Positions 26,621 through 33,140 of a DNA stretch of 40,756 nt are shown piece by piece. How positions within the stretch are numbered: position 1 is the stretch's first letter; every line of letters starts with the position of its first letter. Made by a program: the position numbers and the translations under genes. The DNA is from a bacterium (GTDB taxonomy: Bacteria > Patescibacteriota > Minisyncoccia > Minisyncoccales > JAUYFS01): positions 1 through 40,756 of the forward strand of contig JAUYFS010000002.1 of assembly GCA_030689665.1 (NCBI GenBank). Reading direction: 5' to 3'. The notes under the pieces are model-generated. The model was given only the letters and a program-made list of their open reading frames with translations. It ran no database searches and was not told where the DNA came from.

Positions 26621-27175
26621 TTAAAAGATTAACCTTTCAAAGAAAGATTGCCTCGCCCTTCTTGGAATATCTGCTAATCTTAAAAGAGAATTAGATATGA
26701 ATCCCCTAAAATACACGATCTCTATTTTTTTACCAAATATGTTCTTGGTTGGATCTAGGGCGCTAACATAGTCTCTATCATTAGAAACAAGAATTGCGGT
26801 ATCAAAGGTATTCTGGGCAGCTAAAGAAATCATATTTGCTGTAAGTTGTGTATCTAGGTTTTTTTCCTTAAGTTCTCTCCCAGCTCCTTGTAAATTACCA
26901 AATTTTACCTCAACTCCAGATAATTTTTGTATCTCGGCGTAGTATTGTGTTTGAATTGAGTATTTCTTTTTACTATCTGCGGTTTTTAACATCTGGGATG
27001 GCGGCGGAGTACAGTAGAAAAAAACAGCCACTAAGTTTCTATCACCAGTTAATTTTTGAGCAAGTTTTAATGGATTATAAAGACAAATCCATTTTTTATC
27101 GATCTTTTTCAGTTCACTTAAATATTTATAAACATTGGAATTATCTATAAATACTGCAACTCGTGTTGAATTCAT
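26621..27175 (-). CDS. NYN-domain (LabA/DUF88-like) putative ribonuclease
   Basis: Starts MNSTRVAVFIDNSNVYKYL (N-terminal Asp motif). Contains ...EKNLDTQL...DTAILVSNDRDYV, matching the NYN acidic-residue pattern. I place the start at the ATG at 27175; the tracked extension to 27229 reads through a terminator hairpin. Confidence 0.8.
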   Translation of the reverse strand: MNSTRVAVFIDNSNVYKYLSELKKIDKKWICLYNPLKLAQKLTGDRNLVAVFFYCTPPPSQMLKTADSKKKYSIQTQYYAEIQKLSGVEVKFGNLQGAGRELKEKNLDTQLTANMISLAAQNTFDTAILVSNDRDYVSALDPTKNIFGKKIEIVYFRGFISNSLLRLADIPRRARQSFFERLIF

Positions 27176-27199
27176 ATTTTCATTATACTTGTATAAGCA

Positions 27200-27270
27200 T
27201 AAAAAACAAATGGCGGCTGTCGCCGCCATTCGTTAGCTTGTCATAACCGAAGCTATAACAAGGATTTAAT
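27200..27270 (-). ncRNA. Leader or small RNA: UUCG-capped hairpin plus intrinsic terminator, immediately upstream of the NYN gene
   Basis: Minus strand has CTTGTTATAGC-TTCG-GTTATGACAAG (27262..27237). Its two G-U pairs are valid only on the minus strand. This is followed by CTAACGA, then ATGGCGGC-GACA-GCCGCCAT (27229..27210) and TTGTTTTTT. Confidence 0.45.
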
Positions 27271-27276
27271 ATATTT

Positions 27277-27305
27277 ATATTATTCCCATCGAGAAAGGTT
27301 GTCAA
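27277..27305 (-). promoter_or_regulatory. Sigma70-type promoter within a cluster of four TTGACA hexamers
   Basis: Minus strand has TTGACA (27305..27300), a 17-nt spacer, then TAATAT (27282..27277). Further TTGACA copies lie at 27317..27312, 27350..27345 and 27360..27355. Confidence 0.5.
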
Positions 27306-27366
27306 GAGCATTGTCAACTCTTGTCGGTTATTTCGTTTATTCTTTGTCAAATCCTGTCAACTTTGT

Positions 27367-27514
27367 TGCGGGACTAGGCCACCTTCGCCAAGGCTACGGC
27401 GAGCCAAGGGATTCGAAGGTGTTACTCTTTGTCCGCCTCCATTTTTACAAATTTCGGCGGGATAAAGCGTATTTTGCTTCGCAAAATACGGGGGCTAGGT
27501 TCTCGCCACAGTCC
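27367..27514. repeat. Direct repeat copy B (148 bp), between tRNA-Gln and the NYN promoter region
   Basis: See copy A. Its promoter-proximal end (CCTAGTCCCGCA on the minus strand) matches 11 of the last 12 nt of the adjacent tRNA-Gln (CCTAGTCCGGCA). Confidence 0.92.
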
Positions 27515-27561
27515 AGCAAGGACCAAATTTTAATATCGCAAGATATTAAAATTTGTTCTTG

Positions 27562-27632
27562 CTGCCGGACTAGGATTCGAACCTAGATTAACAGGGCCAG
27601 AACCTGTCGTCCTACCGTTAGACGATCCGGCA
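27562..27632 (-). tRNA. tRNA-Gln (anticodon CTG)
   Basis: Minus strand reads TGCCGGA TC GTCT AACGGTA GGAC G ACAGG TTCTGGC CCTGT TAAT CTAGG TTCGAAT CCTAG TCCGGCA G. It has the U1-A72 pair and G73 typical of bacterial tRNA-Gln. No encoded CCA. Confidence 0.9.
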
Positions 27633-27635
27633 ATG

Positions 27636-28550
27636 CTATATTTTTAGATATCTTCTTATTGCGATAAGGGTTGAGATTACTCCAAGGCCAACGCCAACCA
27701 GTAAATTTATGAGGAAAATAATTGGCCATTTTGAAGCGAAAAAACCAAACAAACTGAATCCTCCCAAAATATCAGCAATTTTTGAATCTATCAAAAAGAT
27801 AGCTATTGCGAAAAAAATAAATGTCGCAAAAGCTGAAATTAATCCAACTAAAACTCCCTGAATCAAAAACGGGCCGCGAATAAACCAGTCAGACGCGCCA
27901 ACCAATCTCATAACATTAACCTCTTCCCTGGCATTATAAATTATTAAGCGCAAAGTGTTAAAAGCAACCAAAATCGCCAAAATTGAAGTCAAAATAATTA
28001 ATCCATTCATCAAATTATTCACATTTTTTGTCGTGCTGAACAAATTTTCAATCACCTTCCTGTTTTCCTGATAATCAACTTTTTCAATGTATTCTTTGTA
28101 GCTGCTGCTTTCTATGAAACTGGTTATTTTGCTGTAATCGCTTGAATTATACGCTTTTATGTTCAAAGACGCTGAAAACGGGTTGCCGCCGATTTCGTCA
28201 AGCGACTGCATCAAGGTATCGTCATTTTTGTGTTTTTCTTTAAATTCTTCCAAAGTATCGCTCGGCGAAATATATTCAATCGCTTTTACTTCCGGCATTT
28301 TTTTCAAGTCATCTTTTAGCGCTGAAATGGCATTGTCTTCCGCATCCAAATTAAAATAAACCGAGATGTCAATTTTTTCGTTTATTCTGTCCACAAAAAA
28401 ATCAACCAGCCCCTTAAACAAAAAACTCCCGGTAATCAAGCTTAAACTCAAACACAAAACAATAATCGTTGCCGTGATGCCAATTGTGTTTCTTTTAAAA
28501 AATGTCAGTCCTGATTTTAAGGCTCTTTCAAAAAGAATAAATTTGTTCAT
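27636..28550 (-). CDS. ftsX: Cell division permease-like protein FtsX
   Basis: 304 aa. One TM, a periplasmic domain, then three C-terminal TM helices. Its start overlaps the ftsE stop (ATGA). Confidence 0.88.
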   Translation of the reverse strand: MNKFILFERALKSGLTFFKRNTIGITATIIVLCLSLSLITGSFLFKGLVDFFVDRINEKIDISVYFNLDAEDNAISALKDDLKKMPEVKAIEYISPSDTLEEFKEKHKNDDTLMQSLDEIGGNPFSASLNIKAYNSSDYSKITSFIESSSYKEYIEKVDYQENRKVIENLFSTTKNVNNLMNGLIILTSILAILVAFNTLRLIIYNAREEVNVMRLVGASDWFIRGPFLIQGVLVGLISAFATFIFFAIAIFLIDSKIADILGGFSLFGFFASKWPIIFLINLLVGVGLGVISTLIAIRRYLKI

Positions 28551-29233
28551 AACATAAATCTCCCTTTTTCCTCGTCGCGGATAATTTTTCCTTTTTCCAG
28601 GGTTATCACCCGCTTGCCGAGGATATTAATTAAATCTTTGTCGTGGGTTGCCAATAAAATTGTCGTTCCCAGTTCGTTTATTTTCAGCAAAAGTTTTATG
28701 ATGTCTCTGGCGTGATAAGGGTCCAAATTTCCTGTCGGCTCGTCTGCCAAAATAAGCTCCGGCCTGTGAACTAAAGCCCTTGCTATGGCGATTCGCTGTT
28801 TTTCTCCAGCGGAAAGTTCGTCCGGGAAACTATCGCCCCTTTCTCTTAATCCGACAACTTCCAAAACTTGCGGCACTTCTTTTTTTATTCGGTCTTCAGG
28901 GGTTCCGATAACTTCCAGCGCGTAAGCGATGTTTTCATAAACAGTCATTGATTTTAAAAGTTTGTAATCCTGAAAAACCATTCCAACCTCGCGTCTTAAA
29001 AACGGCAAATCCTCAAAATCAAGCTTTGAAACCTCTATGTCTTTAAAATAAATTTTGCCGTGAGTCGGCTTTTCTTCACCTAATAATAAACGAAAAATCG
29101 TTGTTTTTCCAGAGCCCGAACGGCCTATCAAAGAAACAAATTCTCCCTGCGTAATTTCAAAATCAACTTCCTCAAGGGCAAAACCCTTTTTGGGATAATT
29201 TTTGCTGATTTTTTTAAACTTTATCAAAGCCAT
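28547..29233 (-). CDS. ftsE: Cell division ATP-binding protein FtsE
   Basis: 228 aa. Walker A GRSGSGKTT, signature LSAGEKQR, Walker B LILADEPTGNLD. Confidence 0.92.
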   Translation of the reverse strand: MALIKFKKISKNYPKKGFALEEVDFEITQGEFVSLIGRSGSGKTTIFRLLLGEEKPTHGKIYFKDIEVSKLDFEDLPFLRREVGMVFQDYKLLKSMTVYENIAYALEVIGTPEDRIKKEVPQVLEVVGLRERGDSFPDELSAGEKQRIAIARALVHRPELILADEPTGNLDPYHARDIIKLLLKINELGTTILLATHDKDLINILGKRVITLEKGKIIRDEEKGRFML

Positions 29234-29234
29234 A

Positions 29235-30252
29235 TTATAATTTTATCTCAGTTGCAATGAATTTGTCCAAGTCGCCGTCCAAAACCAAATCTAATTGCCT
29301 GTTCTCAACCTTTGTTCTGTGATCTTTTACCAGTTGGTAAGGATGAAAAACATATGACCTTATCTGCTGGCCCCAAGTTGCCGCGCTCTTGCCCTTCATT
29401 TTTAACAGTTCTTTTTCTTTTTTTTCTTCTTCAGTTTGCAGCAATTTTGCTTTCAAAATTTTCAGCGCTCTTTCTTTGTTCGCTCCCTGGCTTCTCTCAT
29501 TTTGACAACTGACCACGATTCCTGTCAGCAAATGAACTATTCTGATTGCGCTTTCCCTTTTATTCACGTATTGACCGCCAGGCCCTGATGCTCTGAAGGT
29601 GTCAATTCTTAAATCATCGGGCTTTATTTCCACATTTTTCACATCTCCTAAGTCCGGAATTACCTCCACTGACGCAAAAGAGGTGTGCCTTAATTTTTTG
29701 GCTGAAAACGGCGAAATCCTTACTAATCTATGAACCCCTGCCTCGCCTTTTAAAATACCGTAGGCAAAATTCCCCCTTACTTCAAAAATTATATTTTTTC
29801 TTCCAACCCTGTCCTCAACTCGCGCTTCGGTAAAAGTTTCGTCTAAAACCCTGTATTTAAATCCTTTTTTTTCAAAAAATCTGCTGAACATCCGCGTTAA
29901 AATTGAAACCCAATCTTCCGCGTCTTGGCCGCCGGTTCCTGATTTAATTGTCAAAAAAGCATTTTCTCTGTCAAATTTTTTGCGCAAATAAAAATAAATT
30001 TCCTGCTCTTTAATTTCCTTGTTTAATTTTTCAATTTTTTCGCCAATTTCTAATTTTATTCCCTCGTCCTTATCCGCTAATTCGAAAATTTCTTCAATTA
30101 ATTCGCTTTCTTTTTGCCAATTATTTAGATAATCAACAAGAATTTTGCTTTGAAAGTCGTTTTTTTCAATTCTTTCAATGTCAAAGACACTGGTTTAATT
30201 GTCCCAAATGGTTTTTCAAATCTATGATTTTTTGCGATAAATCTTTTTCCAT
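29235..30252 (-). CDS. prfB: Peptide chain release factor 2, requiring a programmed +1 frameshift
   Basis: The ATG at 30252 opens MEKDLSQKIIDLKNHLGQLNQCL, followed by an in-frame TGA (30183..30181) in the canonical context CTT TGA C. The +1 frame continues DIERIEKNDF... into tracked ORF 29235..29987, which carries the SPF (RISPFSA) and GGQ (SGPGGQYVNK) motifs. Confidence 0.92.
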
Positions 30253-30272
30253 AGTTTTAAATTTGGCTTCTG

Positions 30273-30303
30273 TGCTTCATGTTTCATGCCTTGTTTCATG
30301 TCC
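30273..30303 (-). promoter_or_regulatory. Cluster of CATGAAAC / CATGAAGC octamers upstream of prfB
   Basis: Minus strand reads GGACATGAAACAAGGCATGAAACATGAAGCA, ending 21 nt upstream of the prfB ATG. Compare 16301..16334. Confidence 0.3.
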
Positions 30304-30380
30304 TGCATTTCTTTTTGAGCCGAGGAGAGGAATTGAACCCCCAACCACTCCGATAAGCGCAAGCGCTATCGGAGTGATCT

Positions 30381-30496
30381 GCTTCTCCCGCCAAGTTTTG
30401 CCAGAGCCAGCGGTCGGGGTCGAACCGACGACCTACGGTTTACGATACCGTTGCTCTACCGGCTGAGCTACGCTGGCAAAACTTGGCGGGAGAAGC
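30381..30496. repeat. Perfect 24-bp inverted repeat flanking, and overlapping by 5 nt, tRNA-Thr
   Basis: gcttctcccgccaagttttgccag (30381..30404) is the exact reverse complement of ctggcaaaacttggcgggagaagc (30473..30496). The latter includes the first 5 nt of the tRNA. Confidence 0.93.
30405..30477 (-). tRNA. tRNA-Thr (anticodon CGT)
   Basis: GCCAGCG TA GCTC AGCCGGTA GAGC A ACGGT ATCGTAA ACCGT AGGTC GTCGG TTCGACC CCGAC CGCTGGC T. All four stems are fully paired. No encoded CCA. Confidence 0.93.
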
Positions 30497-30608
30497 TGCC
30501 GCCCCGTTTTACGGGGCGAGCCTCGCCCTTTTAAGGCGGAAGCTACCTTGGCGGTGCGGGATATGGGAATCGGATTGTGCTTGGTCCCGTAACAATTTTG
30601 CTCAGTTC

Positions 30609-30682
30609 TGGTGCGAGTAGCGGGAATTGAACCCGCGCCTCAAGCTTGGGAAGCTTACATCATGCCACTAGACTATACTCGC
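30609..30682 (-). tRNA. tRNA-Gly (anticodon CCC), CCA encoded
   Basis: GCGAGTA TAGTCTAGTGGCATGATG TAAGC TTCCCAA GCTTG AGGC GCGGG TTCAATT CCCGC TACTCGC A CCA. Confidence 0.92.
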
Positions 30683-30768
30683 AAAATTGAACGGGATCCT
30701 CTATTTTGTAATCCCGACAAATCGGGAACAAAATCGGGAACAGTCGCTGCCACTCAACTAATCCCGCC

Positions 30769-31173
30769 TTACTTAAAAATACCCTTTATTTTTTCAATAA
30801 TTCCGCCGGCCGGCGTCAAGGATTTAGAACCGTCTACTTCCTCAACTTCCACGCCCTCAATAACAACCGCATTCTCCCCTTGTTTTTGCAAGTTCAATTT
30901 TTCTCTCGCTTGCTCCTCAATAAAAACTTCTTTTTGAGTTTCATTGAATTGCGATTGAAGAGACGCTTTTTGATCCTCAAGTTTTCTGATTTCATTCGTT
31001 AATTTCAAAACCTTGTTCTCAAGTTGGGCTCGCCTGTTTATCATTTCAAAATTTTTAACAACAAGAAAAATAACTCCCAAAACCGCTAAAATAGAAATCG
31101 CTATCCCAATGTATTTTTTTGCTTCTTTTATTATTTTTCTGCCCTTTTGAGGAACGCTTTTTTTTGCTATCAT
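30769..31173 (-). CDS. ftsB: Septum formation initiator family protein (FtsB/DivIC-like)
   Basis: 134 aa. Single TM helix (IGIAISILAVLGVIFLVV), a coiled-coil (LENKVLKLTNEIRKLEDQKASLQSQ), then EEQAREKLNLQKQGENAVVI, typical of this family. Confidence 0.7.
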   Translation of the reverse strand: MIAKKSVPQKGRKIIKEAKKYIGIAISILAVLGVIFLVVKNFEMINRRAQLENKVLKLTNEIRKLEDQKASLQSQFNETQKEVFIEEQAREKLNLQKQGENAVVIEGVEVEEVDGSKSLTPAGGIIEKIKGIFK

Positions 31174-31331
31174 AAATATTAAAAGTTAAACTATGATTTC
31201 TAAAAAATACAAAAAAATATTTTCAATTGTCTGGATTGTTTTAATCTCGCTCGTAATAATCAGTATGGTTATTTCTTATTTTGCGCCTATTTTTTAACAT
31301 TCTGCCACAAAATCGCTCTTTTTTCAAGGCA

Positions 31332-33134
31332 TTATTCATTCCTTATCGCTTCTAAAAACGCTCTGGCTGGAATTTTTATCTGGCCTTTCTCTTTTATTTT
31401 TGCCTTGTTCTTTTTTTGTTTTTCAAGCAGTTTTCTTTTTCTGGTATAATCGCCGCCGTACAAAGGAGCTGTCACGTCTCTTCCAAATGTACTAATGTTT
31501 TCTCTGGCGATAATTTTTCCGCTGATTTTCGCCTGTAAAGCAACGCTGAAAATCTGAGCCGGAATTACATTTTTTAATTTAAGCAAAAACCTTCTGCCCT
31601 CTTTTTCCGCTTTGTTGGTTGGTAAAATCATGGCCAATGACGGCTCTTCTTTTCCGTTTATCAAAATATCAACTTTAACCAAATCGCTTTCCTTATAACC
31701 CGAAAGCTGATAGCCCATTGAAGCAAAACCCTGGCTCAAACTTTTTAATTTTTCATAAAAATCAGTGATTATTTCCCGCAAAGGAATTTCTGTTTTTAAA
31801 ATCAATCTGGTTTGGTCTAAAAATTTAGTTTCTATGGCCCCGGCTCCCTTTTGTTTTATAAGCTCGGAAATTCTGTTGAGATACTGGGCTGTCGTGATAA
31901 CTTCCAAAAAAACATTCGGCTCAAAAGTTTTATTTACTGTTGCCGGGTCTGGCCAATCAACTGAGGAATAAATGATTTTTTCTTTTCCGTTTTTCAATTC
32001 CGCTTTATAGACAACGCTCGGCGCCGAAACCACCAATTCAAGCCCAAACTCGCGCCTCAGCCGTTCGGTAATGATTTCAGCGTGCAATAATCCCAAAAAA
32101 CCGCACAAAAAACCTCTTCCCAAAATCGGTTTTTTCTCCAACTGGAAAAACAAGGAAGCGTCATTTAATTTCAATTGTTCCAAAGAACTTTTCAATAAAT
32201 CAAAATCATTGCTGTCGTCCGGATAAATGCTTAAAAAAACAAAGGGGCTTATTTCTTTATAGCCCTCCAGGGGCTGAATTTTATTTCCCTGCAATTTGAA
32301 ATCTTTCAAACTGGTTATTGTTTCGCCAACCCTTACTTTTTCGGTTTCCTTGATTCCTGTGGCAATATAACCAATGTCGCCGGAAACTATTTCCGGATAT
32401 TTTTTAAGTTCCGGCTCAAAATAACCAACCTCTTTATTTTTTCCCCTTGTTTGACTGACAAAGCAATAAATTTCTTCGCCTGTTTCTATTTTTCCTTCAA
32501 AAACCCTTACATAAGCGATAATGCCTTTAAAAGAATCAAATTTTGAATCAAAAACCAGGCATTTTAGCGGTTTATTTTGTTCAACGCGAGGCGCGGGAAT
32601 TTTCTCAATAATCAAATCAATTAATTTATCAATATTGGTTCCGTTTTTCGCGGAAATTTCCAAAACTTCATCAGGAAAAATGTTTAAAACTTTGGCGATT
32701 TGTTCTTTGGTTTCTTTCGTCTGGGCTTGCGGCGAATCAATTTTATTAACAGCCGGAATTACAACCAGTCCTTGTTTTTGCGCCAATTCCAAATTATAAA
32801 TCGTCTGCGCCTGAATTCCTTGCGTGGCATCTACCAGTAAAACAGCGCCTTCCACTGCCGCCAAAGCCCTCGAAACCTCGTAAGAAAAATCAATATGTCC
32901 CGGAGTGTCAACCAAATTAAGAATAAAATCCTTATCGTCTTTTTTTAATTTCAAACGGCAGGGCTGCATTTTTATGGTGATTCCCTTTTCCTGTTCCAAA
33001 TCCATCATATCCAAATATTGGGGGTGCATTTTTTCTTTTGGAACTGCGTTGGTCAATTCCAAAAAACGGTCGGCTAGGGTTGATTTGCCGTGGTCAATGT
33101 GGCTTATAATCACAAAATTTCTAATCTCAGCCAT
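31332..33134 (-). CDS. lepA: Elongation factor 4 (LepA)
   Basis: 600 aa. IRNFVIISHIDHGKSTLADR (G1), DTPGHIDF (G3), and the LepA-specific C-terminal domain. Confidence 0.96.
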   Translation of the reverse strand: MAEIRNFVIISHIDHGKSTLADRFLELTNAVPKEKMHPQYLDMMDLEQEKGITIKMQPCRLKLKKDDKDFILNLVDTPGHIDFSYEVSRALAAVEGAVLLVDATQGIQAQTIYNLELAQKQGLVVIPAVNKIDSPQAQTKETKEQIAKVLNIFPDEVLEISAKNGTNIDKLIDLIIEKIPAPRVEQNKPLKCLVFDSKFDSFKGIIAYVRVFEGKIETGEEIYCFVSQTRGKNKEVGYFEPELKKYPEIVSGDIGYIATGIKETEKVRVGETITSLKDFKLQGNKIQPLEGYKEISPFVFLSIYPDDSNDFDLLKSSLEQLKLNDASLFFQLEKKPILGRGFLCGFLGLLHAEIITERLRREFGLELVVSAPSVVYKAELKNGKEKIIYSSVDWPDPATVNKTFEPNVFLEVITTAQYLNRISELIKQKGAGAIETKFLDQTRLILKTEIPLREIITDFYEKLKSLSQGFASMGYQLSGYKESDLVKVDILINGKEEPSLAMILPTNKAEKEGRRFLLKLKNVIPAQIFSVALQAKISGKIIARENISTFGRDVTAPLYGGDYTRKRKLLEKQKKNKAKIKEKGQIKIPARAFLEAIRNE

Positions 33135-33140
33135 AAATTT

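Larger units (their letters stand above)
30318..30527 (-). ncRNA. Cloverleaf-like GC-rich scaffold enclosing tRNA-Thr; not a canonical tRNA, tmRNA or SRP RNA
   Basis: Minus-strand order: GGCGAGG, CT, CGCCCCG-TAAAA-CGGGGCG, GCA, 24-nt arm, tRNA-Thr body, 24-nt arm, AGAT, CACTCCGATAGCGC-TT-GCGCTTATCGGAGTG, GTT, GGGGG-TTCAATT-CCTCT (T-arm-like), CCTCGGC, T. The outer 7-mers pair at 6 of 7 positions. Confidence 0.3.

Noticed and set aside
26352-26624. Plus-strand ORF (90 aa) across repeat copy A, and its counterpart 27299..27586 (95 aa) across copy B, sharing the peptide GLGHLRQGYGEPRDSKVL
   Set aside because: The shared peptide simply reflects the DNA repeat. After the 1-nt indel the two ORFs continue in different frames with unrelated sequence, so there is no coding constraint. 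The region folds as GC-rich hairpins.
27176-27229. N-terminal extension MAATAAICFLCLYKYNEN of the NYN ORF
   Set aside because: It is encoded by the terminator hairpin (ATGGCGGC-GACA-GCCGCCAT) and its U-tract. The NYN domain begins at the next Met (MNSTRVAVFIDNS).
30318-30527. Interpretation of the scaffold around tRNA-Thr as tmRNA, SRP RNA, tRNA-Sec or a long-arm tRNA (Leu/Ser)
   Set aside because: For tmRNA there is no GGGG 5' end or G3-U70, and no tag reading frame. For SRP RNA there is no GNRA-capped helix 8 with the AGCA/GGAA motif. For a tRNA there is no anticodon loop and the D-arm lacks GG. Only the T-arm/acceptor-like 3' module resembles a tRNA.
30224-30937. Plus-strand ORFs 30224..30466 (80 aa) and 30611..30937 (108 aa)
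   Set aside because: They run through the tRNA-Thr and tRNA-Gly genes and the antisense strand of ftsB. They are GC-rich RNA-gene sequence read as protein.
31193-31297. 34-codon plus-strand ORF MISKKYKKIFSIVWIVLISLVIISMVISYFAPIF (hydrophobic mini-protein) between lepA and ftsB
   Set aside because: It has no SD and sits in AT-rich DNA, where such ORFs arise by chance. It lies in the likely 5' UTR/promoter region of ftsB on the other strand. It is kept only as a remote possibility.
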